A stretch of DNA of 64,000 bases, from positions 70,060,001-70,124,000 of the forward strand of contig OZ024741.1 in the NCBI GenBank assembly GCA_964016885.1, written 5' to 3'. The DNA comes from Eledone cirrhosa. Taxonomy: Eukaryota. Numbering within the stretch: the stretch's first letter is position 1; the number at the start of each line of letters is the position of its first letter. The position numbers and the translations under genes are program-made. Shown piece after piece: positions 29,296 to 44,359 of the stretch. The notes under the pieces are model-generated. The model made no database searches, had not been told where the DNA came from, and was given only the letters and a program-made list of their open reading frames with translations.

Positions 29296-30732
29296 TATAT
29301 TTATATTATATATGCACACACATATATATACAATAATGTATATACACACACATATAAATATATATAAATATATGTACACATATATGCATATTTATATACA
29401 TATAGGCAAACAAACACAAATGCACACACACATCTATATCTATCTATCTCTCTCTATATATATTTTTTCGTTTACACATATATGCGTGAGCGCGCCCGTG
29501 TATATCGGGTAGGAAACCCCAACAACTATAACTGTGTAAGATATGAGAAATCATGTTTGGTGGTCGTTTTAGATTTGGGGATTTACTATTTTTTTAAATC
29601 ACGTTGAAAGAACTGTTTAAAAAAATAATGGGAATCTTTTGTGATAGTGGGTGATGGGATGAGGCACATTGTTAGTGGTAGTAGTGGTGGTGGTGGTTGT
29701 GGTGGTGGTGGTGGTGGTGTTGGTGGTGGTGGTGTTAGTGGTTGTAGGGGAAGGGACGAGGTCCATTGGTAGTAGTGGTCGTAGTGGTAAAGGTGGGTAT
29801 ATTAGCAATGGTGGTAGTGACATGAAAATGGTGATGGTGATGGTGGTGGTGGTAGTGGTTATGCTGAAGATAGCTGTATTAGTAGCGTTGATGTTGAGAT
29901 GATGATGATGATGGTGGTGGTGGTGGTGGTGGTTGTCATGGTTGTTGCAATGGTGATGGAGATGGTAATGGTTGTGTTGTTGTTGGTGGTGGTGCTTGTG
30001 CTGAAGATGGCTATAGTAGTAGCGTTGATATTGACATTATGATGATGGTGGTGCTGGTGGTAGTGGTGGTGGTGGTGGTGGTGGTGGTGGTGGTGGTGGT
30101 GGTGGTGGAGATAGTGATGCTTGTGTTGTTGGTGGTGGTCATGCTAAATATAGATATATTAATAGTGGTGGTAGTGGTGAGGGCAAGTATGGTGTTGGTG
30201 TTTTTGTACGTGGTGGTGATGTCGTTGTGGTGGTGGGTTCTTGGTGATAGTAGGTACATTAGTAATCGTAGAGGTAGGTATATTAGTAATAGTGTTAGGG
30301 AAGAGTGGTGATGATGGCAATGGTGTATTAGTATTGGTGGTAGTAAGAATACAATGGTGTAGCTGTTCCTTGATGTTGTAGAGGTGATGGTGGTGGTGGT
30401 GGTGGTGGTGGTGGTGGTGGTGGTGATGATGTTTGTGGTTGTGTTGAAGATGGTTATATTAGTAGTTGAGAAGAGATATATTAGTTGTGGTTGTGTTAAC
30501 TAGTATATTAGTAGTGGTTGATAGGACGATTTATTTTGCTAGTGGTGGCAGTGGTAATAAAGATGCGTTTATTAGTAGTGGTGGTAGTGATGGTGTTCGT
30601 GTTCGTGGTGGTGGTGATAATGATTCTTAGTGATATTGGTGTTGTTGGTGGTCGCAATAGGTATATTATTATTGGTGGTGATGATGGTAAGTATATTAGT
30701 ATTGGTGGTGATATTGGTTATGGTGGGTGTAT

Positions 30733-30949
30733 TAATAATTGTTTCTACTTTAGGCACAAAGCCAACAATTTTCGAGAAGAGGGAAAGTCGATTAAATCGA
30801 TCCCAGTGCATTACTGGTACTTTATTTTATAGACCCAGTAAGGTTGAAAGGCAAAGCTCACCTCAGTGGGATTTGAACGGAGAACTACAGGGCCGTAATT
30901 CTATGGCGTGAAGCAAGGTGTCAGGCGCTCTACCGATATTGCCAATCCA
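30733..30949 (-). mobile_element. tRNA-derived SINE (family A)
   Basis: ccagtgcattactggtactttattttat...gggatttgaac; followed by a second partial copy to ~31026. Confidence 0.85.
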
Positions 30950-31239
30950 AAGGTTTCTGATTTAGATACAACAATTTGGGGGATGGAGAAAATCGACGCT
31001 CTACCGATACGGCCAATCTACCGCCCTTAGGAAGGTATATTAATAATGACAGAAGCAGGAATATTGGAAAGCGTCTCTGATGAGTATCAGCTGAAGATCA
31101 ACTCAAGAAAGACGATAGGCTTGGCATCCATTAGGAAACCGATGTAGGTGAGCATTTAGTGTCGAGGAGTCGCGTTAGTTTAAGTAGTGATTTAGAAGTA
31201 CCTGGGAACCATCACAGGGCAAACTGCAAATGGTAGTCA

Positions 31240-31830
31240 CAAGACCAGGGCTCAGCTAAGGGCAGCAAGCAGCAAGATCTTCATTTAGGTCCCTCAAAAA
31301 CCGCGCACTCCTCAACAACATCAAGTTGAAGCTCCCGAAGCCCCTAGTGTGGCCGGTGGCATTGTACGGTTGCGTAGCCTGTACAATGAAAACCGCCGAC
31401 GTTAACAAACAGATGTCTTTCGATACAGTATGTTACAGTAGGGTACTGCGGCTCAGCTGGACGAACAACAAAAGAAATTAGTCGGTACTGAAGGCAGTTG
31501 GTTGCGAACATAAGGAAACGAAAGCTCCAATAATATGGTGATGCTATCAGAGCCCATAACTTCTGCACCCACATCCAGGAGAGGCGCATCGATGGCAAAA
31601 GACAGTCTTCACCCACATCTTGGAATCTTTGCATCCACATCATGCATCGATAGCAAGAGACCGAGAGAAAAACCAAGGTGCCACTGGATTGATGATATCA
31701 AGTATTGGGCAGGAAGAATGCTGGCGGAGTGCACGGTCGTGGGCAAGAGAGGAGCCAGTGGAGAGTAATGGTGCAATTGTCCTTGGTTCCCGACCCTCGG
31801 CAATGAGGGTGGAAACAGACCTGACCATGT
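31240..31830 (+). mobile_element. Decayed RTE LINE 3' fragment
   Basis: LVWPVALYGCVACTM...RVLRLSWT...IRKRKLQ*YG...KRPREKPRCHWIDDIKYW. Confidence 0.75.
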
Positions 31831-31944
31831 GCATTGACCATGGTGAGAGTAGTGGTGGTGAGAGTTGTAGGAATGGCACAGTGATATTTGCGGAGTTGTT
31901 AGCAGGGAATTTCACAATGGTGTTGCTGATGATGGTGATGATGG

Positions 31945-32290
31945 TATTGTGATATCGGCCGTGAAGATAGTAGTAGTGCAATGGTGGTGGTGATGGTGAT
32001 ACTGATGGTGGTGGTGATGGTGGTGGTGGTGATGGTGATGGTGGTGGAGATGGTGACGGTGGTGGAGATGGTGATGGTCGTGGTGATGGTACTGTGATAT
32101 CGGCCGTGAAGATAGTATAGTGCAATGGTGGTGGTGATGGTGATGGTGGTGGTGATAGTGGGGGTGATGGTGGTGGTGATGGTGATGGTGGTGGAGATGG
32201 TGACGGTGGTGGAGATGGTGATGGTCGTGGTGATGGTACTGTGATATCGGCCGTGAAGATAGTATAGTGCAATGGTGGTGGTGATGGTGA
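31945..32290. repeat. ~146-bp minisatellite; unique motif present three times
   Basis: gtgatatcggccgtgaagatagt at 31949, 32094 and 32241. Confidence 0.85.
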
Positions 32291-32751
32291 TGGTGATGGT
32301 GATGGTGGTGGGATACACAGATGTTTTGTTGTTGTTTAGAGTGGTGGTTGTGGAGGTTATGATGATGATGATGATTATAGTAGTGTTAATGACAATGATG
32401 TTGATGACGATGGTTGTGGTTCTGGTGGGTGGTATTTACTATGATGGGAGTGATAGTAGAGACGATAATAATGGAGGTAGATCTTGGCGTGGTACTGATG
32501 GTGGTTATGATGTAGACAGGGGTGGTAGTGGTGGCGATGATGAGGACGGTCATGACTATGATGATGATGATGATGATGATGACGATGATGACGATGACGA
32601 TGATGACGATGATGATGACGACGATGATGATGATGATGATGACGATGATGACGATGACGATGATGACGATGACGATGTTGATGATGATGATGACGATGAT
32701 GATGACGATGTTGATGATGATGACGATGATAATGATGATGATGACGACGAC

Positions 32752-32810
<59 letters not shown>

Positions 32811-33451
32811 CGATGACGATGATGATGACGATGACGATGATGATGACGACGATGATGATGACGACGACGATGATGATGATGATGATGACGACGATGATGA
32901 TGATGACGATGACGATGATGATGATGACGACGATGATGATGATGACGACGATGATGATGATGACGATGACGATGATGACGACGATGATGATGATGATGAC
33001 GATGACGATGACGATGATGATGACGATGATGATGACGATGATGACGATGATGATGATGACGATGATGTTGATGATGACGATGATGATGACGATGATGATG
33101 ACGTACTGATAACAGTGATGATAATAGCGCCAATGTCGATGACAGTCACGATTAATGGGGACGATGAAAACTCACTGATTAACATGACAACAGTAGTGGT
33201 GATGATGATGATGGTGATGATGATGATGATGGTAATGATGATATTGATGGTGGTGGTGATGATGATGATGGTGATGATGATGATGATGGTAATGATGATG
33301 ATGGTGATGATGATGATGGTGATGATGATGATGGTGATGATGATGGTGATGATGATATTGATGGTGGTGGTGATGATGATGATTGTGATGATGATGGTGA
33401 TGGTAATGATGATGATGGTGATGATGGTGATGATGGTGATGATGATGATGG

Positions 33452-33482
<31 letters not shown>

Positions 33483-33604
33483 GATGGTGATGATGATATT
33501 GATGGTGGTGGTGATGATGATGATTGTGATGATGATGGTGATGGTAATGATGATGATGGTGATGATGGTGATGATGATGGTGATGATGGTGATGATGATG
33601 ATGG

Positions 33605-33635
<31 letters not shown>

Positions 33636-33843
33636 GATGGTGATGATGATATTGATGGTGGTGGTGGTGATGATGATTGTGATGATGATGGTAATGATGA
33701 TGGTGATGATGATGATGATGATGATGTTGATGTGTCAATGATAGTGCTATTGTTGTTGATGGATACGATGGTAATCGTGGGAGTGCTGGTGGCGTTGGCG
33801 GTGTTGGTGCTGCTGCTGGTGGTGGTGGTGGTGGTGGTGGTGG

Positions 33844-33874
<31 letters not shown>

Positions 33875-34749
33875 GGTGTTGGTGGTGCTGCTGGTGGTGT
33901 TGGTGGTGCTGGTGGTGGTCGTGGTGGCGGTGTTGGTGATGCTGGTGGCCCTGGTGGTGTAAGTGGTGTTGGTGGGACCGCTTTTGGTGATTGTGGAGCT
34001 ATGGTGATGACATGGCGAGGACGATGATCATGATAACCATGATGATGATAATAAAGACGATAGTGTTTGTGGTGATGGTGGTAATGGTGGTAGTAATGCT
34101 GCTTATGATGATCGCGATTATATCTATGATGATGATGATCATGTTGAATGTAGTGGTGGCTGCTCTTCATAAGGCTGGAGGTATGGTGATAACAACGATG
34201 AGGGTAATGATGATTATGAGGAGGAAGAGGATTATATTTATGATGGTGACGATGGATGAGGGGAAAAAACAAACAAGAGAAAGAGAAGAGCCTAATATTT
34301 TCAAATTCCGAGTAAAAAACAAACGGCCCCTCCAACCCTCTTACAAAACACTATATCGTTAACAGTAAATATTTCATGGTGATAAAATCTGTCCACGTAA
34401 CTAAATAACGTTAGGTTGATTGAGACGCCAGCGAAGGAATCTCGACTTAGTTGTTCAATTTGCCAGAAAGAACACCCAAATCTCCCCCAAATTACATCAT
34501 CTATGTAAACTGGATCATTTAGGCAGAATAGCTAAGGTCGACTTTTACAATAGATCGATAGAAATATCTGAATTCTTTGCCAAATAGAAGTCAATTATTA
34601 CATGAAAATGACCTTCACATGAATATATATATGGTACATATGTATTATTTATGTATATATGTTTGAGTGTGTGTGTGTATGTATGTATATGTATGTGTGG
34701 ATGTATATATATACATATGTGTGTGTGTATGTATGCATGCATGTATATA

Positions 34750-35346
34750 CATGGGGGCTGCCAACTCGTTTTCGAGTACGGCCACTACTTTATATCCATG
34801 TAGGAGAACTCCTACCGATGCGCTAAACGAGTGTGACTTTTTAGTCCAGCCAGCGACTTGAAAACTCTGGTACGAACACTACACCTGTGACAATTACTGA
34901 CACATAGTGCTGGGCCCATGGTACCATGTGACGACAAGTGCAGAGAGATCTCCAGATATAAAGCAATGCCTGTGCCGTGAAGCTTTTATAGTGAGCAAAG
35001 GCACTGCACAAAACCAGTCCCACTCTCTTAACCAAGATGATATTTATCAAAAAGAAGAACAAGTCAACATCATTGGATACCATCAGGGATGCAGGTGGTA
35101 TATCAGAGTTTTCCTTCTCCTAGAATTCTGCCTTGACAAAGACTAAGGGGTCATCTCTCCCGGTGATTTTGGATTGCCATTGACTCTTAAGAGCTCTTTG
35201 CCCTTTGACAGGTTTTGTTTTTAGTCCTGCAGGATGTCCAAAGTCACCCTCCTCACCAAGAAACCTTGGTGGGGTTGCCAGTTTAGTCGCCAACGACCCG
35301 ACCATGAGACAGGTTGTACTGGGATACATGTTACCAGTAGCACCAA
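34750..35346 (-). mobile_element. Bipartite non-autonomous RTE derivative
   Basis: 34750-34950 is closely similar to the RTE 3' end at 6581-6786; 34950-35346 is homologous to 3228-3655; CATA-type repeats on both flanks. Confidence 0.8.
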
Positions 35347-35371
35347 CATACATACATACATATATATATAT

Positions 35372-35996
35372 ATCAAATAGAAATTGATTGACATATAAAT
35401 ATATTTAAAATAAACACATGAAACAATCACAGGGGATAATTTGTAAAGTGTGTAATCACACATAGCTAGGTAGTAACTAATTAAAGTTTAACTAGAGCTT
35501 CAAATATTACCTTTTAAGAAATGATTAATCCTCCTTGTATATATTTCATTAAAGAAATATATTTCACCATTAATCCGTAAAGTCACAGTAGTCAAATCTT
35601 GGATCTTCAGCAAGGAAGAAGATTTAACTATCTGTATTTACACATCAAATGTAAATCTGCGAGTGACCCATCGCACGTGCTGCAATTCTAAAACTACTAA
35701 CAACATGCTAGCGTCATCCCAGTGGCGTGAATAGGGTGATCGACAGCTATAAATAGCAGCTGAGTCCTTTCAACTGAGTTAGCTCTACAATTAAGGAGCC
35801 CTGTATATATCCAAAATTAATTAAATTAAATTAAATTAAATTAAGGGAGTCATGTCCGAGACATGCGCCATATCCACCGTAGAATAAGCTCAAAGATTCC
35901 AATGAATAGATCTGAGCATTTTACATCAACTAGAAATTGACTGACATATATATATATTTAAAATAAACACATGAAACAATCACAGGGGATAATTTT
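35372..35996 (-). mobile_element. Non-coding 553-nt unit with ~65-bp terminal direct repeats and an HHR-like motif
   Basis: Direct repeats at 35378-35442 and 35931-35995; HHR-like motif at 35531-35617; TA tracts on both sides. Confidence 0.65.
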
Positions 35997-35998
35997 GG

Positions 35999-36030
<32 letters not shown>

Positions 36031-36080
36031 GATTCTGTGTTCATGTATATGTGTATACAAATACACACACACACACACAT

Positions 36081-36119
<39 letters not shown>

Positions 36120-36675
36120 GATAGATAGATAGATATATAGATAGATATATATAGATATATATATATACATGTGCATGTGTCTCTGTATGTGTGTGTGTGA
36201 GTGTGTATTGTGTATATGTGAGTACGAGACGGCTTGACAATATCCACAGCGGAGGTTTGTGATTGTTGTGCATGCGGCTGTCGCTGTTCGCTGTGTTATA
36301 GATTAAATCATTGTTTGCAGCCGACTCAACCCATTCTGAGTGAACGCCAAGTATATGTGCTATAAACACCAGTTTACAATAAAATACAAACGTTTCATAT
36401 AAACTGTAATAATGGTTTTCATGTTGTTTTAGTTGAAGGAACAGTCAAAAGTCACACTCTCTCTTTTTATCTCAATTACGAAATTCCTTCCCGGTATGAG
36501 ACGGAACGAAGAAATGGCGGAAGAAATTTGTGGAGTTAACGTTCTCTTTTGAACTGTTGATGGTTAATAATTAGTTGAGTCCATATGGGCAGGAAGTACA
36601 TTCTGAAGAGAATGGCTTTTGCGGAGAAAAATTGAGCATCGTTATATCGTAAAGTAATGCAAAAGAGTGTATGTA

Positions 36676-36767
<92 letters not shown>

Positions 36768-37147
36768 TATGTATGTATGTATGTATACGTATATACATAT
36801 ATGTATACAGACGTACAGTAGTATGTATATATATACATACATGCACGTATCGGTTTACCGAACATTTATTATAGTGCTCGGTTTGTCTGTTTGTAAACAA
36901 ACAAACAGCCCGAATTACGCCGTACAGTGTTTAGGCAACCACGTCACCTTTTTGTTCAACACTGACACAGGAATGATGTACTAGTTTCAAGCTTATTAGC
37001 TATCGTTAGCATCGTATACCTTCCTGCCAGATGGTTGAACGTCTGAAAGTATATACTTTCCTTATGCATATTAACGGCTGAGCAGCCTTACATTTAAGTA
37101 AGTGCTATACTAAGAGTGAGAAATGAAATTTCGTTTCATTCTATTCC

Positions 37148-37183
<36 letters not shown>

Positions 37184-37271
37184 ATATTCACGAACCCAAA
37201 AAGTGGGACGTACGAGACAAAGACAACGAAAAAAACAAACGGATAAATGAACAGTCACTTCTCTTCAGACA

Positions 37272-38583
<1,312 letters not shown>

Positions 38584-39715
38584 TTATATATATATCGCCA
38601 AAATTAAGGGTTTCCCCCTTTGTCAAGCCCACGTGGGTTTTGATAACGTCAGTCCTTGACTTGGCACTGAACTAAAAGCCTGTTGAGAAAGTGAATTCCT
38701 TGTTCGATCATCATACCAAAAGCTTAACATTATTTGTCTAAGCAGACAGTACTTGATTTAGGAGTTGCAGAAATCCAATGCTGGATATTACCAACCTTCC
38801 AGGGGTCCGGGTATAATTTTCAATCATATTTTATTTGTTTGACCCGAATTACTTGGTCGTTTCTATGGCTGTGCGGATAATGGTTTAACCATCGTCTCAG
38901 TGTGTTTGGCCTTTTAACTTATGTTGTTGCTCTAGTTCACTAGCTTCTATGGAGCGCTTGCCACACATCTCGGAAGTTGTTTTTGCGCTAATTTCCAATA
39001 GCCGAAATACGATTCTCGCTAATTTATATTTATATATATATATATATATATATAGTAATAATAATAAATGCGAAGACTAAAATCCAAAGATAGCTCGATA
39101 AGGATAAATGTATATCAAATATATAAGAACCCTAGAGCAAATATATATATATATATCGAGAGAGAGAGAGAGAGAGAGGGGCGAGGGAGAGAGCGAGCGT
39201 TTAAATGGTAACGTGTAAAAAGTGGGCGTGGCAAGATGTCGTGTGTGTGTGTTTGTACGGTGGGGTTAAAATGGTGGTGATGGTGACTTTGGAGAAGCAT
39301 ATGAAAACCATTTTTGGCAGTCTAAAGAAGATAGAAACATGAAATACACATTTTAACAACAAATGACAAAAGCGACATAGTTCACTGCAAGTTGAAATGA
39401 AGAAATCCTTGCAAAAGGTTCCAAGTGTCAAAGAGTCTTGACAGACAAACACGTTCGTCAAATAATTATAGGTTTAATTATTTCCACACATGAAAGAGAC
39501 AAAAATAAATTATCCCCCCCCCCCCCCCCCACCTATTTGGGAAGGGATGGATCTCCGTCGGTTTCGAAGATAACTGTTGCAGCTGTTCGATTAGCGGAAA
39601 CAAACATCTTACTCATGAAATTATCGGCTGAGCATTAGAGCGACACATATACATGGCTATGCGTGTATATGTATGTGTGTATACACATACATATACACAT
39701 ACATACATTATATTT

Positions 39716-39856
39716 ATAGGAAAATAGTCAGGATCCCGACAGCCGGAGCTCAGCCGTCGGGGTCCTGACTCTGTTCCTATTATCCACTCTTATACCCTAA
39801 GTATTGAGTACTCTGGTGCGTTATGGTCCGGCTGGTATCTTACCACACCCTCTTTG
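39716..39856 (+). mobile_element. Short fold-back plus tail, family of 16674-16870 and 58612-59672
   Basis: Imperfect inverted repeat centred on the ggagctc loop, then tail ccctaagtattgagtactctggtgcgttatggtcc. Confidence 0.75.
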
Positions 39857-39857
39857 T

Positions 39858-39910
<53 letters not shown>

Positions 39911-39980
39911 AAGTTTTATTTAAATTGTTGGGTTACAACGAGTAAATATTTATAACTGATATAAAAGCACTCAACAAGTA

Positions 39981-41435
39981 GATATTGCTAACTATTATTT
40001 ATCTATTACCCCTAATCTACTAAATAAGGCACTAAATTACGCATTCAAACATACAGACCTAACTAGCAATGAAATGCACATTATATTATCGGCTAGGAAG
40101 ACATTGATAGAATTTAATGACCAACTATATATAACCAGAGCAGATAGAGATAACAATTTCGACATTACTATGGGATCATCCGACTCAGCTCAGGTAACTG
40201 ACCTTGTGGGCCTATTTATAATCAATTCGCTGCATAGGAAAATACCCGGTGCTACCGGAGGTTTATATAGAGATGACATGCTTTTACTTATTGAAAATAA
40301 TAACTCTGAACTAAATAGAAAAAGAAAACAAATTACACAATTTTTTAATTACTTTAATCTAAAAATAGAAATTGAGAATAACCATAGAATAGTCAATTTC
40401 CTAGATGTAACATTAAATCTCAACACATGTCTTCACTATCCATTTCACAAGTTGAATGAAAACTTAAACTATGTCAGCTTTAACTCTAACCACCCCAGAT
40501 CTGTTAAAAATACTATAGTAAACTCTGTTCAAAAACGTATCTCTAGAATCTCATCTAATAAAAAGATTTTCGACGAAAAAGCCCAGTATTACAATGAAGC
40601 GTTAGCTAGAGCAGGATATAGTGATAAAATTATGTACATAGATAATAATAGACAAACTAACCAAAATAACAACAATTTTAATTACGGCAACAACTTTAAC
40701 AACTATAATAGAAAGCATTACAATAATTCCAAAAGCCAAAAAAGAAATTGAACTAGGAATATAATATGGTTTGCCCCCCCTTTCTCACTAAACATTAAAA
40801 CCCACATCGCTAAACTATTTTTTAATGCTCTTGATAATCGCTTCCCTAGAACACATAGGTATCACTCAATTTTCAATAGACATACTATAAAATTAACTTA
40901 CTCATCCACCAAAAATTTAGCACAAAATATTAATAGAATAAATAATAGGAATTTAAAACCTAGCCAAAATACCGATAATAGCATAAATAATATCCAAGTA
41001 AACAAATGTAACTGTAGAGATAGATCTAAATGTCCGTTAAATAACAATTGCTTAGTTAAAAATATAATATACAACTGTAATGTTAAAACGGACTTAAATT
41101 CTTTTAACTATGTTGGTTCCACCTCGACAGAATTTAAACTTCGCTATAATAACCACAAGAATTCTTTCACAGATCCAAGCAAAAAATCTTCAACATCACT
41201 ATCAGGCTTACTCTGGCAACTTAAGCATGATAACGTTGGATATTCGACGGCTTGGAATATAGTCTCAAGAGGGATTCCTTTTAATTCATCCTCTGAGACA
41301 TGTGACCTCTGCGCGGAGGAGATATTCTTTATACTAAAATCTAAAAATTCCCTTAATTTACGGACACATTTATTCAGTTGCTGCAGACATAGATTGAACT
41401 CAACTTTTAAATATAAATATAAATTTAAAATGTAG
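39981..41435 (+). pseudogene. PLE reverse transcriptase plus GIY-YIG endonuclease, one in-frame TGA at 40749-40751
   Basis: DIANYYLSI, FDITMGSSDSAQVTDLVGL, GLYRDDML, VNFLDVTL, SNHP; after the stop, RNIIWFAPPFS, CNCRDRSKCPLNNNCL, IIY..NYVGST..FKLRYNNH, CDLC..E and CCRH to TAG at 41435. Confidence 0.9.
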
Positions 41436-42807
41436 TATGTTTAACTTGATTTATAATTATCTATGAAACTCGCCGAAAAATCTTTAGATTTCTTTTTTAT
41501 TTTAAACATTCTTCATGAATAATTAAACTACCCTAAAAGCTGATGCTCCAAATATATCGAATAAATTTTACACTAGATAAACCTCTATTAAATATAAGAC
41601 CATCTGTAGATCAAATGGGTATCCTAAACTTTTGGAATAATTTCTGCTAGACAGGATTTGGTAAATAATTTTGGTTTTGTTTGCTTTTGATTCTGATGCT
41701 TATAACGAACTTGGCAATATATTGTCAATTAACCTTGAAGGGTTGATCTCTGTGGTTGATTTGCGGGGCATACTATGTTTTATTTTTTATTTTTTATTTT
41801 TTATTTTTAATATTTTTAATATTTTTATTTTTAATATTGTTATATTTTTTATTTTTTATTTCTGATATTTTTATTGATATATTGATATCTGTTCTTTATT
41901 TATGCTTGAACGATAATCATGTAGAGTAAAGACAAGAATAGTATTGTTAAAATTAATGTAGACTCTATATATATTTGTGTGTATGTACACATATATGTAT
42001 ACTAGTATTTTTATAGCACAATGAGAATGTTTTCGTGTGAATTAGAATTTTGCAGAGTTGATCACGTAAATTCACATGGATGTCTATAGTATCGAATCTG
42101 GGATAACCTTCTATTTTATCTCAACTCTGATATAAACCTAGGAATTTTTAAACTAGACATATGATCATTATTTTTCACACATTATTGATACGTGTCTCAT
42201 TCATGAATACTGATATTTACATTATAATGCCTGATTCATACGAATTTATATTTTTACATTGATGAAACATAGTGTTTTAAATCTGCCTCGTTTATGTCTG
42301 GATATTTTTCTTTTCTCTCTATGTAACGGCTGTTTTCTCTCCTAACCACATATATCTCTCTCTATATTAATACTAGAACTAAATGAATAAATAAATAAAT
42401 AAATATATCATTGATACGTCATTCAACTGGTGCCCAACTACCTATTTTCTTTCTCTCTATCACTATCTATATCTAACTCTCTCTATTTTTTCTCTCTCTC
42501 TCTCTCTCTCTCTTTTCTCTCTCTCTCTCTCTCTATCTATCTCCCTCTGTGTTTTTTCCTCTCTCTATATATCTCTCTCTGTTTCTTTACATGAATTCCT
42601 CTCTATATCTATCTCTCTCTATTTAGTTGCATGCATTTCTTCTTTTTCTTCGTTTTTTCTTTCTTTCTTTCTTTCTTTTCTTTCTTTCTTTCTTTCTTTC
42701 TTTTTATAACTGTCCCTAACATTTTTCACTACCAAATCAACTTTTTAAATGGAAGATGAAGTTGAAAGGTATGTCAAATCTATCTATTTATAAGACTGTT
42801 TATATTG

Positions 42808-42873
42808 TATTTTGTCTGAAGAAGGCATAACATATTTTTAATATGATATCCCTGAAATATATATAATGAAATA
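42808..42873 (+). ncRNA. Type I hammerhead ribozyme in the PLE pLTR
   Basis: TATTTTGT-CTGAAGA-AGG[..catatt-ttt-aatatg..]CCT-GAAA-TATATA-TA-ATGAAATA; 8-bp helix I with two GU pairs. Confidence 0.75.
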
Positions 42874-42913
42874 AATATGGTTTTATAAATATAGTTTCCA
42901 TTTATTTAATATC

Positions 42914-42978
<65 letters not shown>

Positions 42979-43061
42979 TATATACCTCCACTCAAATTGT
43001 TACAGAAATATCGAGCAGATATCTGGCCTAAGAGCAGGCTGGTGACAAGGCTTGCGGTCGT

Positions 43062-43129
<68 letters not shown>

Positions 43130-43389
43130 GGTAGGTTTCTACATTGCTTTCATCTTCCACTTTCCACTCACTAGGTTATTGCTCAACCCGATGACTATAA
43201 TAGAAGATAGTTTCCTAAGGAGGTACCAGGCAACCAAATTGAACTTGAAACCCCGTAGTATAGTTGAGAAGCGAACATCTTAATTACACAGCTATGAGGA
43301 CAGGCGGGGATGATGAAAGAGCGACCAAATTATTCAAAATGTCCCCATCCATAACCATGTACCAGCAGAGCCTATATCGTTAATAAATA

Positions 43390-43551
43390 TGCTTTCACTA
43401 TTTCACTTGTTTCAGTCAGTAGACTGAGCCCATGCTACTGTCGTAAGGGGATTCAATCAATCATATTGACCTCAGTCATTTATTTCAAGTCTGGTACTTA
43501 TCTTATAGATATCTTTTTTAACGAACGTCGAAGACAGACAGTCACACACAC

Positions 43552-43646
<95 letters not shown>

Positions 43647-43772
43647 CGGCTTATTTCTGCCAAATTCCACAGTAGTAGAAGATACTTGCCCAAGATGCCA
43701 CACAGTAGGAGTGAATCCAAAACCACGTGGTTGCAAAGCAGGCTCCTTAACCACATAACTATGCCTACGCCT
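43390..43772 (-). mobile_element. Second tRNA-derived SINE family containing (CA)n
   Basis: gaagatacttgcccaagatgccacacagtaggagtgaatccaaaaccacgtggttg...ttaaccaca; related decayed copies near 19320-19460, 43130-43295 and 51730-51830. Confidence 0.6.
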
Positions 43773-44359
43773 ATATATTAATAGTTGCCAAAAAATAATT
43801 TCCTTCTCCCTCTTCACTCCCACCCACCTCTCTCTCTTCTCTGCCAAGCATGTCATATTAAATCACTTTTGAAACTCCATCAAAAAGATTTAGGGACAAC
43901 TTATAAATGTTGTAGTACCTCTTTTGCGTCCACTTCGCATGTGTGTAACGCTGACTAAACGTTTCCATCCTATCCAAAATAGGAATCAGACTGAAACCCC
44001 AAGTAATTTTGACATCTCAAGATCAGGTTGTTGTCGTTGCTGTTGTTGATTAGCTCTAGATCAAACCCTCATTTAGCAGAGTTATCATTAAAAGAATTCC
44101 AGCTGTGATCGTACCAACTTTCTCTATATCAGGAACTACTTTACCAAATTTAATCTTCATATTTTAAGGAAACAGAATATATTTAAAGCAGATTTAGCTG
44201 CTATTTCTAGCAGGTCGGGTGAATGTGTGGAGCTTTCCTCTTTGCTATTGGTTGTATTTAGTTTTATATAGTAGTAGTAGCTTTGGTTGGGGACAGTCAT
44301 TATTGCATACACACACACACACATATATATATATGTGTGTATATATATATATATATATA

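Larger units (their letters stand above)
29660..34260. repeat. Strand-biased (GGT)n/(GAT)n/(GAC)n trinucleotide field
   Basis: Seen directly; produces the poly-V/D/M/H/S ORFs. Confidence 0.95.
39908..42912 (+). mobile_element. 5'-truncated Penelope-like element: inverted pLTR piece, RT-GIY-YIG ORF, ~1.4 kb 3'UTR, HHR
   Basis: 39908-39978 is the reverse complement of the pLTR tail seen at 48060-48130; ORF 39981-41435; HHR at 42808-42873; (TA)n on both sides. Confidence 0.9.

Noticed and set aside
31945-32290. CRISPR-like regularly spaced repeat
   Set aside because: The spacers are similar low-complexity GGT/GAT sequence, the context is eukaryotic, and there are no cas genes.
32272-34335. Poly-Asp/Met/His/Ser ORFs resembling acidic biomineralisation proteins
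   Set aside because: Trinucleotide repeats are open in several frames on both strands, with no unique domain or splice structure.
40749-40751. In-frame TGA as selenocysteine or readthrough in the PLE ORF
   Set aside because: It lies in a basic KRN*TRN stretch where Arg is expected, so CGA to TGA decay is simpler; no SECIS was identified.
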